From positions 1 to 61,516 of the forward strand of contig CAZHPW010000001.1 of assembly GCA_964534515.1 (NCBI GenBank): a DNA stretch of 61,516 bases, given 5' to 3'. The notes below the pieces were generated by a model. The model had not been told where the DNA came from and searched no databases. It was given only the letters and a program-made list of their open reading frames with translations. Shown here piece by piece: positions 34,944 to 43,192 of this stretch. Origin of the DNA: an uncultured Christensenella sp. (GTDB lineage Bacteria > Bacillota > Clostridia > Christensenellales > Aristaeellaceae). Positions within the stretch are counted from its first letter, which is position 1. Each line of letters opens with the position of its first letter. The position numbers and the translations under genes are program-made.

Positions 34944-35945
34944 ATGAAAGCATGGAAATACATCGGGCTGAGGCTGCTCACCTGGGCGCTGGTCATTTGG
35001 ATTGGCGTTACCTTTGTATTTATCATCCCCAGGGTCTTCCCCTCCGACCCCGTTGAAAACATGATTTCCAGAATGACCTCCATGTCCGGCACCATGGACG
35101 CCGTGCAGGTGGAGGCCTTGAGGCGCCAATTGCGCGTGCAGTTCGGCCTGGACGGCTCGCTCTGGGAACAGTATGTTACCTACATCAAAAACGGGCTCTT
35201 TGGCTTTAATTTCGGGCCCTCGCTGATGAATTACCCCACCCCGGTGGGTGAAATCATCGCCAAGTACCTGCCCTATACGCTATTTTTGTCGGTCACCTCG
35301 GTCATCATCGCCTGGGTCATCGGCAACCTTATCGGCCTTCTGGCCGGTTTCCGCAAAAACAAACGCAGCTCCAAAGTATTGGAAGGCATCGCCATCGCCA
35401 TCTACCCCATCCCCTATTTTATTCTGGCGCTGGTGCTGCAGATTGTCTTTGGCTTTCTGCTCGGCTGGTTCCCCATGACCACCAGCATTTTAACCACCAC
35501 CAAGGACACCGGCGTGTTTTTAGCCTCGCTCATCCGCAACTCCATCCTGCCCGCGCTCTCCCTGCTTTTGGTGGGGACGGGCTGGTGGATTATCTCCATG
35601 AAATCCCTGTCCTCATCCATCGCGGAGGAGGATTTTGTGCAGTACGCGCGCTACCGCGGCCTGTCTGAGCGCAGAATCGGCACCAATTATGTCCTGCGCA
35701 ACTCCATCATCTCCCAAGTGACGGCGCTGGCCCTGTCCCTGGGCGGCGTGTTCAACGGCTCATTGATAACAGAAATCGTGTTTAACTACCCGGGGGTGGG
35801 CAAACTAATTCAGCAAGCCATCCTGTCCTCTGACTACAACATGATTTTAGGCACCATCACCATTTCCATCATCGCCATCGCGACTGCCACCCTCATCGCG
35901 GATCTCATCTACCCCTTTATCGACCCGCGCATCCGCTACAGCTAA
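34944..35945 (+). CDS. Peptide-type ABC permease (DppB/OppB-like)
   Basis: 333 aa, 6 TM. The N-terminal TM followed by a long external loop is typical of OppB/DppB. Confidence 0.9.
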   Translation: MKAWKYIGLRLLTWALVIWIGVTFVFIIPRVFPSDPVENMISRMTSMSGTMDAVQVEALRRQLRVQFGLDGSLWEQYVTYIKNGLFGFNFGPSLMNYPTPVGEIIAKYLPYTLFLSVTSVIIAWVIGNLIGLLAGFRKNKRSSKVLEGIAIAIYPIPYFILALVLQIVFGFLLGWFPMTTSILTTTKDTGVFLASLIRNSILPALSLLLVGTGWWIISMKSLSSSIAEEDFVQYARYRGLSERRIGTNYVLRNSIISQVTALALSLGGVFNGSLITEIVFNYPGVGKLIQQAILSSDYNMILGTITISIIAIATATLIADLIYPFIDPRIRYS

Positions 35946-35962
35946 GAAAGGGGGAAGAGAAG

Positions 35963-36799
35963 ATGAAAGTATTCTGGTCAAACGCGTCCTTACGGCTCAA
36001 AATCGGCATCTTCGCGCTGCTGTTTTTCCTGATTGTGGGCTTTGTGATTCCGCTGTTTCCCCACACCAACCCCATCACCTACAACACCTACCTCAAAAAC
36101 CTCAAACCCAATGAGGTGAACTGGCTGGGCACCACGGCGCTGGGCCAGGACATCTTCTGGCTGCTGATAGAGAGCCTGCGCAACTCCATCATGATTGGCG
36201 TCATTGTGGCCACCATCGGCACCCTGGTGGGCACCTTTGTAGGCCTCTTGTCCGGCTTCCTGGGCGGCTTTTGGGACAGGGCGCTGATGGTCTTGACCGA
36301 CACCTTTGTGGTCATCCCCTCCCTGCCCATCCTCATCCTCATGACCTCGCTCATGAAAGGGCAGGCCAGCATCATCATGCTGGCGCTCACCCTGGGCCTC
36401 TTCGCCTGGGCCTGGCCCTCCCGTCAGGTGCGCTCCATGGCGCTCACCCTCAAGGAGCGGGATTTTATCCAGACCGCCTGGTTCTCCGGTGAAAGCGCGA
36501 TTCAGACCATCTTCACCGAAATCCTTCCCTTTGTGTGGACCTGGGCGCTGTCCAACTTCATGAACGCGGTGCTGGTCGCCATCGCGGCGGAGAGCTCTCT
36601 GGCTGTCCTGGGCCTCTCACCCGCCAACCTGCCCACCCTGGGCAACATGATTCAGTGGTCCAGGGAGCGCAACGCCATCCTCTTGAAACAATGGAACTGG
36701 ATTGGGCCGCCTGTTATCATCACCATCCTGCTGTTTGTGGGCCTTTTCCTGCTCATCACCGGCTACAACGACTACCAGACGCGCAAGAGGGGGAGATAA
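35963..36799 (+). CDS. Peptide-type ABC permease (DppC/OppC-like)
   Basis: 278 aa, with the N-terminal LGTTALGQDIFWLL motif typical of OppC/DppC. Confidence 0.9.
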   Translation: MKVFWSNASLRLKIGIFALLFFLIVGFVIPLFPHTNPITYNTYLKNLKPNEVNWLGTTALGQDIFWLLIESLRNSIMIGVIVATIGTLVGTFVGLLSGFLGGFWDRALMVLTDTFVVIPSLPILILMTSLMKGQASIIMLALTLGLFAWAWPSRQVRSMALTLKERDFIQTAWFSGESAIQTIFTEILPFVWTWALSNFMNAVLVAIAAESSLAVLGLSPANLPTLGNMIQWSRERNAILLKQWNWIGPPVIITILLFVGLFLLITGYNDYQTRKRGR

Positions 36800-36800
36800 G

Positions 36801-37781
36801 ATGTTAAAACTGGAAAATTTATCCGCCTCCTACCAGACCCTGTACGGGGATGTGGACGTCGTCAAGAACGTCAGCTTTGAAATCCGCGAGAACGAGATTT
36901 TCGGCATCGCGGGCGAGTCCGGATGCGGGAAAACCACCCTGCTCAAGGCCCTGTATGACATCGTCGCCTACCCCCTCATCATCAAGGGCGGCAAGGTCAT
37001 CCTGTCCGGCGAGAAGGACGGCCAGCCCTTCCATTATGAGACCGGCAACATCAAAGAGACCTGGTGGAACAACATCTCCTACATCCCCCAGGCCGCCCAG
37101 AGCGTGCTAAACCCCATCACCCGCCTCAAGAACCAGTTTTTGGACTCCCTCTCGCCCAAGAACAGCGGCAAGGAGGACAAGGCCAAGACCCTAAAGCGGG
37201 TGGAGGACTATTTGGTCGAGTTAAACCTCTCCCCCGATGTATTAAACGCCTTCCCCTTCCAGTTGTCCGGCGGCATGCGCCAGCGCGCCATCATCGCCCT
37301 GGCCACCTTCATGAACCCCAATGTCATCCTGGCCGATGAGCCGACCACGGCGCTTGACGTGGTGGTGCAGCGCGGCATCCTGATGATGCTGACAAGGCTG
37401 CAAAAGCAAAACAAGAACACCCTGGTGGTGGTCAGCCATGACATGGGCGTGCACTACCAGATTACCGACCGCATCGGCATCATGTACTCGGGCAGCTTTG
37501 TGGAACTGGGCAACACCGCCGACATCTTTGAAGACCCCGTCCACCCCTACACCATCATGCTAATCGGCGCCCTGCCCCGCATCGGCGACAACCGCCACAA
37601 GTCCGGCATCCCGGGACGGCCGCCGGATTTGAAAAACCCGCCTCCCGGCTGCCGCTTCGCGCCGCGCTGCCCGCACGCTTTTGAGCGCTGCACACAGGAA
37701 GTGCCCGCCTTTATTGAGGTCATGCCGGGCAGGTTTGCCGCCTGCCACCTGCTGGAGAACGGAGGGCGCGTCCATGGCTGA
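36801..37781 (+). CDS. Peptide-type ABC ATP-binding protein (DppD/OppD-like)
   Basis: ORF trimmed to ATG 36801 (GGGGGAG upstream). Walker A GESGCGKTT, LSGGMRQRAIIALA, C-terminal oligopeptide-type Cys motif CRFAPRCPHAFERC. Confidence 0.9.
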   Translation: MLKLENLSASYQTLYGDVDVVKNVSFEIRENEIFGIAGESGCGKTTLLKALYDIVAYPLIIKGGKVILSGEKDGQPFHYETGNIKETWWNNISYIPQAAQSVLNPITRLKNQFLDSLSPKNSGKEDKAKTLKRVEDYLVELNLSPDVLNAFPFQLSGGMRQRAIIALATFMNPNVILADEPTTALDVVVQRGILMMLTRLQKQNKNTLVVVSHDMGVHYQITDRIGIMYSGSFVELGNTADIFEDPVHPYTIMLIGALPRIGDNRHKSGIPGRPPDLKNPPPGCRFAPRCPHAFERCTQEVPAFIEVMPGRFAACHLLENGGRVHG

Positions 37782-38766
37782 GAAACTGCTTGAATTAAAA
37801 GAGGTCTCCAAAATCTTCCGCATCGGCGGCATGCTGCTGGGCAAGAAAATCCGCGCGGTGGACAAGGTGTCCCTGGACATCGCGGCGGACAAGCCCGTCA
37901 TCCTGTCCATCGTGGGCGAATCCGGCTGCGGCAAGTCCACCCTGTGCAAGATGATTTTGCGCGTACACAAGGCGGATGAGGGCGTCATCTACCTAAACGG
38001 CAAAGACTACGCGGACAAAAAGCACTACCGCTCCATGCAATTCCGCCTGGATGTCCAGCCCATCTTCCAAAACCCCTATGAGTCCTTCTCCGCCCGCAAG
38101 CCCGTGGATTTTTACCTGTACAACACCGCGCTGCGGCTCAAAATCGCCAAAAACAAAGAAGAGGCCGACAAGCTCATCGACCAGACCTTAAGGGACGTCG
38201 GTCTGTCCCTGGAAGCCGTCAAGGGCAAGTACAACGCCCAGTTCTCCGGCGGAGAACTGCAGCGCGTGTCCATCGCCCGCGCGCTCCTCACCAAACCCAA
38301 GCTCATCATCGCTGATGAGCCGGTCGCCGCGATTGACGCGTCCATGAAGATGAACATCGTCAACCTCTTTAAGGAGCTCAAGGAAAAATACAAGGTCTCC
38401 TTCATCTACATCACGCATGACCTGTCCACCGCCTACTACATCTCCGACTACATCGCCACCCTCTACCGCGGGGTGATGATTGAGTACGGCCCGGCCAAGG
38501 CCATCATGGACGCGCCGGCCCACCCCTATACGGAATTGCTCATGAACGCCATCCCGCGCGTGGGCGACAAATGGAAGCAGGACGTGGCCCTGCCGGACAT
38601 GGAGGACAAGGAGTACAGCCAGGAGTTCTGCAAGTTTGTGCCCCGCTGCCCCTACGCGACAGAAACCTGCCGCACCACGCCCCCGCCGATGAAAGACCTG
38701 GGCCAGGAGCGCAAGGTGCTCTGCTTTTACCCCTTAACCGGTGAAAAGACTGAGGAAACCGTATGA
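37774..38766 (+). CDS. Peptide-type ABC ATP-binding protein (DppF/OppF-like)
   Basis: ORF trimmed to ATG 37774 (overlaps the upstream gene by 8 nt). Walker A GESGCGKST, FSGGELQRVSIARAL, CKFVPRCPYATETC. Confidence 0.9.
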   Translation: MAEKLLELKEVSKIFRIGGMLLGKKIRAVDKVSLDIAADKPVILSIVGESGCGKSTLCKMILRVHKADEGVIYLNGKDYADKKHYRSMQFRLDVQPIFQNPYESFSARKPVDFYLYNTALRLKIAKNKEEADKLIDQTLRDVGLSLEAVKGKYNAQFSGGELQRVSIARALLTKPKLIIADEPVAAIDASMKMNIVNLFKELKEKYKVSFIYITHDLSTAYYISDYIATLYRGVMIEYGPAKAIMDAPAHPYTELLMNAIPRVGDKWKQDVALPDMEDKEYSQEFCKFVPRCPYATETCRTTPPPMKDLGQERKVLCFYPLTGEKTEETV

Positions 38767-39623
38767 AAAAAGCCCTGGTACTGCTGATGATTTTTTGCCT
38801 CCTGCTGCCCGTTTTGGGGCAGATGGAGCAGGCGGCGCAAAAAGAGCCCCTCACCCTGCGCGTCTACCTGTATGACCCCTGCGGCGGCTGTGCGTCAGCG
38901 GACGCCGGCTGCCGGGACTGCGCCGTAGTCACCCTCATTTTAGACCGGCTCATCGTCCAAAACCGCGCGCGCTATGAGGACGGCAGCCTCATCATCAAGG
39001 TGCGCAACCTGATGTTCGACACCGTGTACAAGGAATACCAGGCCTACCTAAAGGGCTTTGGCCTGACCGAGGCGGTGCTCAAAACCCCGCCGCTCTATCT
39101 CATCGGCGAGCCCGGCTGGGGCGAGTACCTGGCTGGCGAGGACAACGAAGGCCAATTACCCGCCTTGATTGAGCAAGTGCTGGAGCGCATGCCCGAGGAC
39201 GCCGCCTGGCGCCGCCCGGTCCAGGAAGGCCAAGCCCTGTTGGCGCCTCGCAGCGATGACCTCAACGATATCCGCCCGGAAGACAGCCTCATCGTCTATT
39301 TCTATAAGGACTACTGCCCCTACTGCAAGGACTTGGCGCCCCTGTTTGAAAGCCTGCCGGATACCGTCACCTTAAAGGACGGCACCACAAGCCGCGTGCG
39401 CTTTGTCAGCCTTGAAAAACAATTGCCCCGGCAGATGGAAGTCGTGCAGAAGTACTACGACAAGCTCTTTGTCCATCCCGACCGGCAGTATGTGCCCATG
39501 GTCGTCATTGGCAAGAAGGCGCATTTCTTAAAGGAAGAGATTGAATCCGGACTGATGGAGGCTTTGTTGGCGGGTGAGGGGCTGGAAACGGACAGAACGC
39601 CTTTGGAGTTGTTGATTAACTAA
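38763..39623 (+). CDS. Exported protein with two thioredoxin-fold-like modules (CGGC-x6-CRDC and glutaredoxin-type CPYC)
   Basis: 286 aa; its start overlaps the OppF-like stop (ATGA). Signal peptide MKKALVLLMIFCLLLPVLG. N-module LRVYLYDPCGGCASADAGCRDC (Cys40/43/50/53). C-module LIVYFYKDYCPYCKDLAPLF (Cys185/188, nt 39315-39326). Confidence 0.7.
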   Translation: MKKALVLLMIFCLLLPVLGQMEQAAQKEPLTLRVYLYDPCGGCASADAGCRDCAVVTLILDRLIVQNRARYEDGSLIIKVRNLMFDTVYKEYQAYLKGFGLTEAVLKTPPLYLIGEPGWGEYLAGEDNEGQLPALIEQVLERMPEDAAWRRPVQEGQALLAPRSDDLNDIRPEDSLIVYFYKDYCPYCKDLAPLFESLPDTVTLKDGTTSRVRFVSLEKQLPRQMEVVQKYYDKLFVHPDRQYVPMVVIGKKAHFLKEEIESGLMEALLAGEGLETDRTPLELLIN

Positions 39624-39668
39624 ATCATATAGAATAATGCCTGAACAAACACAAAGGCGGTACTAAGA

Positions 39669-40391
39669 ATGTCCAATCAAGAGCAACAGCAAAACCCGGT
39701 TGAGCCTCACGATGAGAATTTATCTAATGATACGGGCTGTGATATTAACATCAGAGAAAAGATAAACGTTGCTCTAAAAGAATACGAAATCTTACATCAT
39801 AAGATATCTGAGATTGGGAAAAGAATAGAAACTCAAGTTATTCAATTGTATTTAGTCGCCGCTGGTATCTTCACGATTTGTCTTCCTAACCTGAGCAATC
39901 CAAACAACGCTATTAGGCTTATGGTTGATACTCTGATGATTCTTTTATTACCAATCTCATTATTTACTTTGATTATATTTACACTCGTTTTGGACTTGCG
40001 AATTGTTTACCATGGCCAATACCTTGCTGTTGTGGAAGCGCGCATCAATTCCTATTTGAACTTCAAGCCAAATAATGACACAAATAAAGAAAAATATGAA
40101 TTTCTATTGCAGATTGTTGACTATGAAAAATTTCATTCAAAGTGGGGACCATCAAAGAGAAAATTCTCAAACAACGCGGACATAATAATGCTTTTCCTGA
40201 CTTATATCTTAATTACCCTGCCGCCAGCAGTAATTCGACTTTACTATAATCAAAAATCATTAGTATTCTTAATTGCTTTTATTACTATCTTGACTATAGG
40301 ATTGGTTTTTACAGCAATTGTTGCCTGTGCAATTTTCAAAGAAAATAATAAACTTAAGAATTTCCTAGAAAAGAATAAATGGGATAATTGA
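39669..40391 (+). CDS. Orphan AT-rich 4-TM membrane protein, no recognisable family
   Basis: 240 aa and the only ORF in a visibly AT-rich block. Polar N-terminus (MSNQEQQQNPVEPHDENLSND), helical segment KINVALKEYEILHHKISEIGKRIE, then 2 TM, a ~55-aa loop and 2 TM. Confidence 0.65.
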   Translation: MSNQEQQQNPVEPHDENLSNDTGCDINIREKINVALKEYEILHHKISEIGKRIETQVIQLYLVAAGIFTICLPNLSNPNNAIRLMVDTLMILLLPISLFTLIIFTLVLDLRIVYHGQYLAVVEARINSYLNFKPNNDTNKEKYEFLLQIVDYEKFHSKWGPSKRKFSNNADIIMLFLTYILITLPPAVIRLYYNQKSLVFLIAFITILTIGLVFTAIVACAIFKENNKLKNFLEKNKWDN

Positions 40392-40417
40392 CATCAACTA
40401 TCCCATTTATGAATGAT

Positions 40418-40458
40418 TAAAGTTTTTGCGCCGCTTTTTTCAAAATGCGGCCTTTCGT
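40418..40458 (-). repeat. Extra partial copy (hairpin H1 module only) of the intergenic element
   Basis: TTAAAGTTTTTGCGCCGCTTTTTTCAAAATGCGGCCTTTCGT is about 90% identical by eye to 40573-40612 (TTAATGTTTTTGCGCCGCTTTTCAAAAAGCGGCCTTTCGT). Direct repeat, 114-nt spacer. Confidence 0.6.
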
Positions 40459-40615
40459 TTGTTCTTTCAACCCAAGTGTTTCTGGGAAGCCAAAGAAGAC
40501 GCAAGGCCTTTTCTTGAAAGAAAAGACCTTGATCCAAAAGAACTTTAGAATTGTATATAAATAGTCGTCTTATTAATGTTTTTGCGCCGCTTTTCAAAAA
40601 GCGGCCTTTCGTCGT
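40459..40615 (-). repeat. Intergenic element, copy B (downstream of metY; homologous to 9944-10090)
   Basis: Read on the minus strand: H1 GGCCGCTTTTTGAAAAGCGGCGC (perfect hairpin), an AT-rich spacer with CTATTTATATAC, and AAAGTTCTTTTG. Then H2 GGTCTTTTCTTTCAAGAAAAGGCC (40503-40530) and GCGTCTTCTTT. Same block order as copy A. Confidence 0.55.
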
Positions 40616-40625
40616 TCCCCCGTCC

Positions 40626-41897
40626 CTAAACCTTCTCCAAGGCCTGCTCCAAATCAGCCAAAATGTCCTCAATGCTCTCAAGGCCGATGGAAAGGCGGAT
40701 GAGTTCGGGCTGGATGCCGGCCTGCTTGAGCTCTTCCTCGTTGAGCTGGCCGTGGGTGGTGGTGGCGGGGTGGACGACGCAGGACTTGGAGTCCGCGACG
40801 TTCGCCAGGAGGAGGAAGAACTTGAGGCTGTTGATGAAACGGCGCCCGGCTTCCAGGCCGCCCTTGACACCAAAGGAGAGGATACCGCCCACACCGTTTG
40901 GCAGGTATTTTTGCTTGCGGTCATGGTAGCGGTTGCCGGACAGGCCGGGGTAATTGACGAAGGACACCTTCTCATGGTTTTGCAGGAATTCTGCCACTTT
41001 CTGCGCGTTCTGGCAATGGCGCTCCATCCTGAGGCTCAGGGTCTCCATGCCATGCAGAATCATAAAGGCGTTAAAGGGGGCGAGGCAAGCGCCCATATCA
41101 CGCAGAATCTGGGTGCGTACGATGGCCGCCAGCGGCGCGTCCATGGGCGCGTAGACCAGGCCGTGGTTGGAGGGGTCCCCCTCAGTAAAGCGCGGGAAGC
41201 GCGGGTTGTTCCAGTCAAAAGTGCCCAGGTCAATAACGGCGCCGCCAACGGTGGTGCCGTTGCCGTTCATGTATTTGGTGAGGCTGGTGGTAATGATGTC
41301 AACGCCAAAGTCCTTGACATTGACCAGGTAGGGCGTGGCAAAGGTGTTGTCGCAGACCAGGGGCAGGCCATAATGGTGCGCGAGTGCTGCGATTTTTTCG
41401 ATGTCCGGGATGTTCATGCCGGGGTTGCCCAGGATTTCAATGAAGATGAATTTGGTCTTGTCGGTAATGGCCCGCTCAATGGCCGTGAAGTCGTCCTGGT
41501 CCACAAAGTGGCACTTGACGCCGGTGCACTGGGGCAGGCGCGCGGAAAAGAGGGTGTAGGTGCCGCCGTAGATGCTGGAGGCGGACACAATCTCATCCCC
41601 AGGCACGCACAGCGCGTTAACAAGGCCCGTGAGCGCGGCCTGGCCGGAAGCAAAGGCGACGGCCGCCTTGCCCTTTTCAAGGAGAGCAATGCGCTGCTCC
41701 AAGACATCCACGGTGGGGTTGTCAATGCGGGAATAGACATAGCCCGGCGTCTGGCGCAGGAAGACGGAAGCGGCATGCTCTGCTGAGGGATAGACATAGG
41801 CGGTGGTCTGGTAAAGCGGCACGCTGCTGGCGCCGGTGGCGGGGTCGGAATGGTAGCCGCCGCGCAGCTGAAGGGTCTCAAAGCCCGGTTGACTCAT
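40626..41897 (-). CDS. metY: O-acetylhomoserine (thiol)-lyase / aminocarboxypropyltransferase, PLP-dependent
   Basis: 423 aa. Cys/Met-metabolism PLP family, N-terminal FETLQLRGGYHSDPATGASSVPLYQTTAY, PLP-Lys region SLTKYMNGNG. Confidence 0.9.
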   Translation of the reverse strand: MSQPGFETLQLRGGYHSDPATGASSVPLYQTTAYVYPSAEHAASVFLRQTPGYVYSRIDNPTVDVLEQRIALLEKGKAAVAFASGQAALTGLVNALCVPGDEIVSASSIYGGTYTLFSARLPQCTGVKCHFVDQDDFTAIERAITDKTKFIFIEILGNPGMNIPDIEKIAALAHHYGLPLVCDNTFATPYLVNVKDFGVDIITTSLTKYMNGNGTTVGGAVIDLGTFDWNNPRFPRFTEGDPSNHGLVYAPMDAPLAAIVRTQILRDMGACLAPFNAFMILHGMETLSLRMERHCQNAQKVAEFLQNHEKVSFVNYPGLSGNRYHDRKQKYLPNGVGGILSFGVKGGLEAGRRFINSLKFFLLLANVADSKSCVVHPATTTHGQLNEEELKQAGIQPELIRLSIGLESIEDILADLEQALEKV

Positions 41898-42002
41898 GGT
41901 TGTTTCCTCCGCAAATTTGTACTGCGGGATAGTTTAGCACAAGAGCGCGCGAAATGCCTGCCAAAAACCAAACTTATACACCATTTCAGAGGAGGCCTTG
42001 GC

Positions 42003-42032
42003 TTGCCAAAGGCTTTGGGCTTGGGCTATAAT
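42003..42032 (+). promoter_or_regulatory. Candidate promoter of the oxidoreductase/deacetylase pair
   Basis: TTGCCA (42003-42008), 18-nt spacer, TATAAT (42027-42032). Confidence 0.5.
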
Positions 42033-42093
42033 GCCGGTATCTGTTGACAATTAAACATTACCCGAAAGGGTCATCAAGATTTGGAGGTTGAAG

Positions 42094-43182
42094 ATGAGCA
42101 AAACCAAGGTCGCGTTATTTGGTACCGGATTTATCGCGGAAATCCACATGGAGAGCTACACCCGTTTTGTGCCGGACGCCGAAGTGGTGGCGGTGTACTC
42201 CAGAAGCGCCGAAAAAGCCGAAGCCTTCGCCAAGAAGCATCACATCCCCCACTCTTTCAATGACATTGACAAACTGCTCAATGAGGTTGAGGTTGAGGTG
42301 GTGGACATCTGCCTACCCAACTTCAAGCACCACGAGGCCGCGATGAAGGCAGCGAACGCGAAGAAGCACATCATCATTGAAAAGCCGCTCTGCCTGACGC
42401 TGGAAGAGGCGGATGAGATGATTGAAGCCTGCAAGACAAACGGCAAGTTTCTCATGTACGCGGAAGAACTGTGCTTCGCGCCCAAGTATGAGCGCGTGCG
42501 CGAGATTGTGGAGAGCGGCGCTGTGGGCGATATCTTTATGTTAAAGCAGGCCGAGCAGCACTCCGGCCCGCACAGCCGCTGGTTTTACGAGGCGGAGAAG
42601 GCGGGCGGCGGCGTGCTGATGGACATGGGCTGCCACGCCTTTGCCTGGTTCTATTGGATGCTTAAAAACAAGAACGCCAGGGCCAAGAGCGTGTACGCCG
42701 ACCTGTCCCAGATTCTGCACGACACGGACGCGGAGGACCATTCCCTGGTATTGGTTGAGTTTGAAACCGACCACGGCAAGGTGGTGGGCCTGGCGCAAAA
42801 CAGCTGGTGCAAGCAGGGCGGCATGGATGACCACATGGAAATCCTGGGCACCAAGGGCGTGGCCTACGGCGATTTGTTCAAGGGCAATTCCTCCACCGTG
42901 TACAGCCTGGATGGCTATGACTACGCCAGCGAAAAGGCCGGCGGCACAGTGGGCTGGACCTTCCCGATTTTTGAGGAAGCCTACAACCAGGGCTATCCTC
43001 TGGAACTGAGGCATTTTATTGACTGCGTGCGCACCGGGAACACCCCCAAGGTGACAGGAGAGGACGGCAGAAGGGTGCTGGAAATCCTTTACGCGGCCTA
43101 TGCCTCGGCCAAGTCCGGGGCCAAGGTGGAGCTGCCCTTCCACAAGAAGGTTACTAAGCCCTGGGATTTGTGGAAGAAATAA
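42094..43182 (+). CDS. Gfo/Idh/MocA-family NAD(P)-dependent oxidoreductase
   Basis: ORF trimmed to ATG 42094 (GGAGG 6 nt upstream). Rossmann motif VALFGTGFIAEIH and the family motif IIIEKPLCLT. Confidence 0.9.
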   Translation: MSKTKVALFGTGFIAEIHMESYTRFVPDAEVVAVYSRSAEKAEAFAKKHHIPHSFNDIDKLLNEVEVEVVDICLPNFKHHEAAMKAANAKKHIIIEKPLCLTLEEADEMIEACKTNGKFLMYAEELCFAPKYERVREIVESGAVGDIFMLKQAEQHSGPHSRWFYEAEKAGGGVLMDMGCHAFAWFYWMLKNKNARAKSVYADLSQILHDTDAEDHSLVLVEFETDHGKVVGLAQNSWCKQGGMDDHMEILGTKGVAYGDLFKGNSSTVYSLDGYDYASEKAGGTVGWTFPIFEEAYNQGYPLELRHFIDCVRTGNTPKVTGEDGRRVLEILYAAYASAKSGAKVELPFHKKVTKPWDLWKK

Positions 43183-43192
43183 GGAGAGCCTG

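Noticed and set aside
40394-40975. 193-aa minus-strand ORF spanning the repeat region and the 3' end of metY
   Set aside because: It is out of frame with metY, Ser/Pro/Thr/Ala-rich, and runs through the terminator-like repeats. The repeated KSGAKTLI peptide only reflects the DNA duplication.
41898-42087. Possible SAM (S-box) riboswitch or T-box leader upstream of metY
   Set aside because: The minus-strand leader is about 100 nt or less. I could not find S-box core elements or a T-box specifier/terminator arrangement. The region is better explained by the divergent TTGCCA-18-TATAAT promoter.
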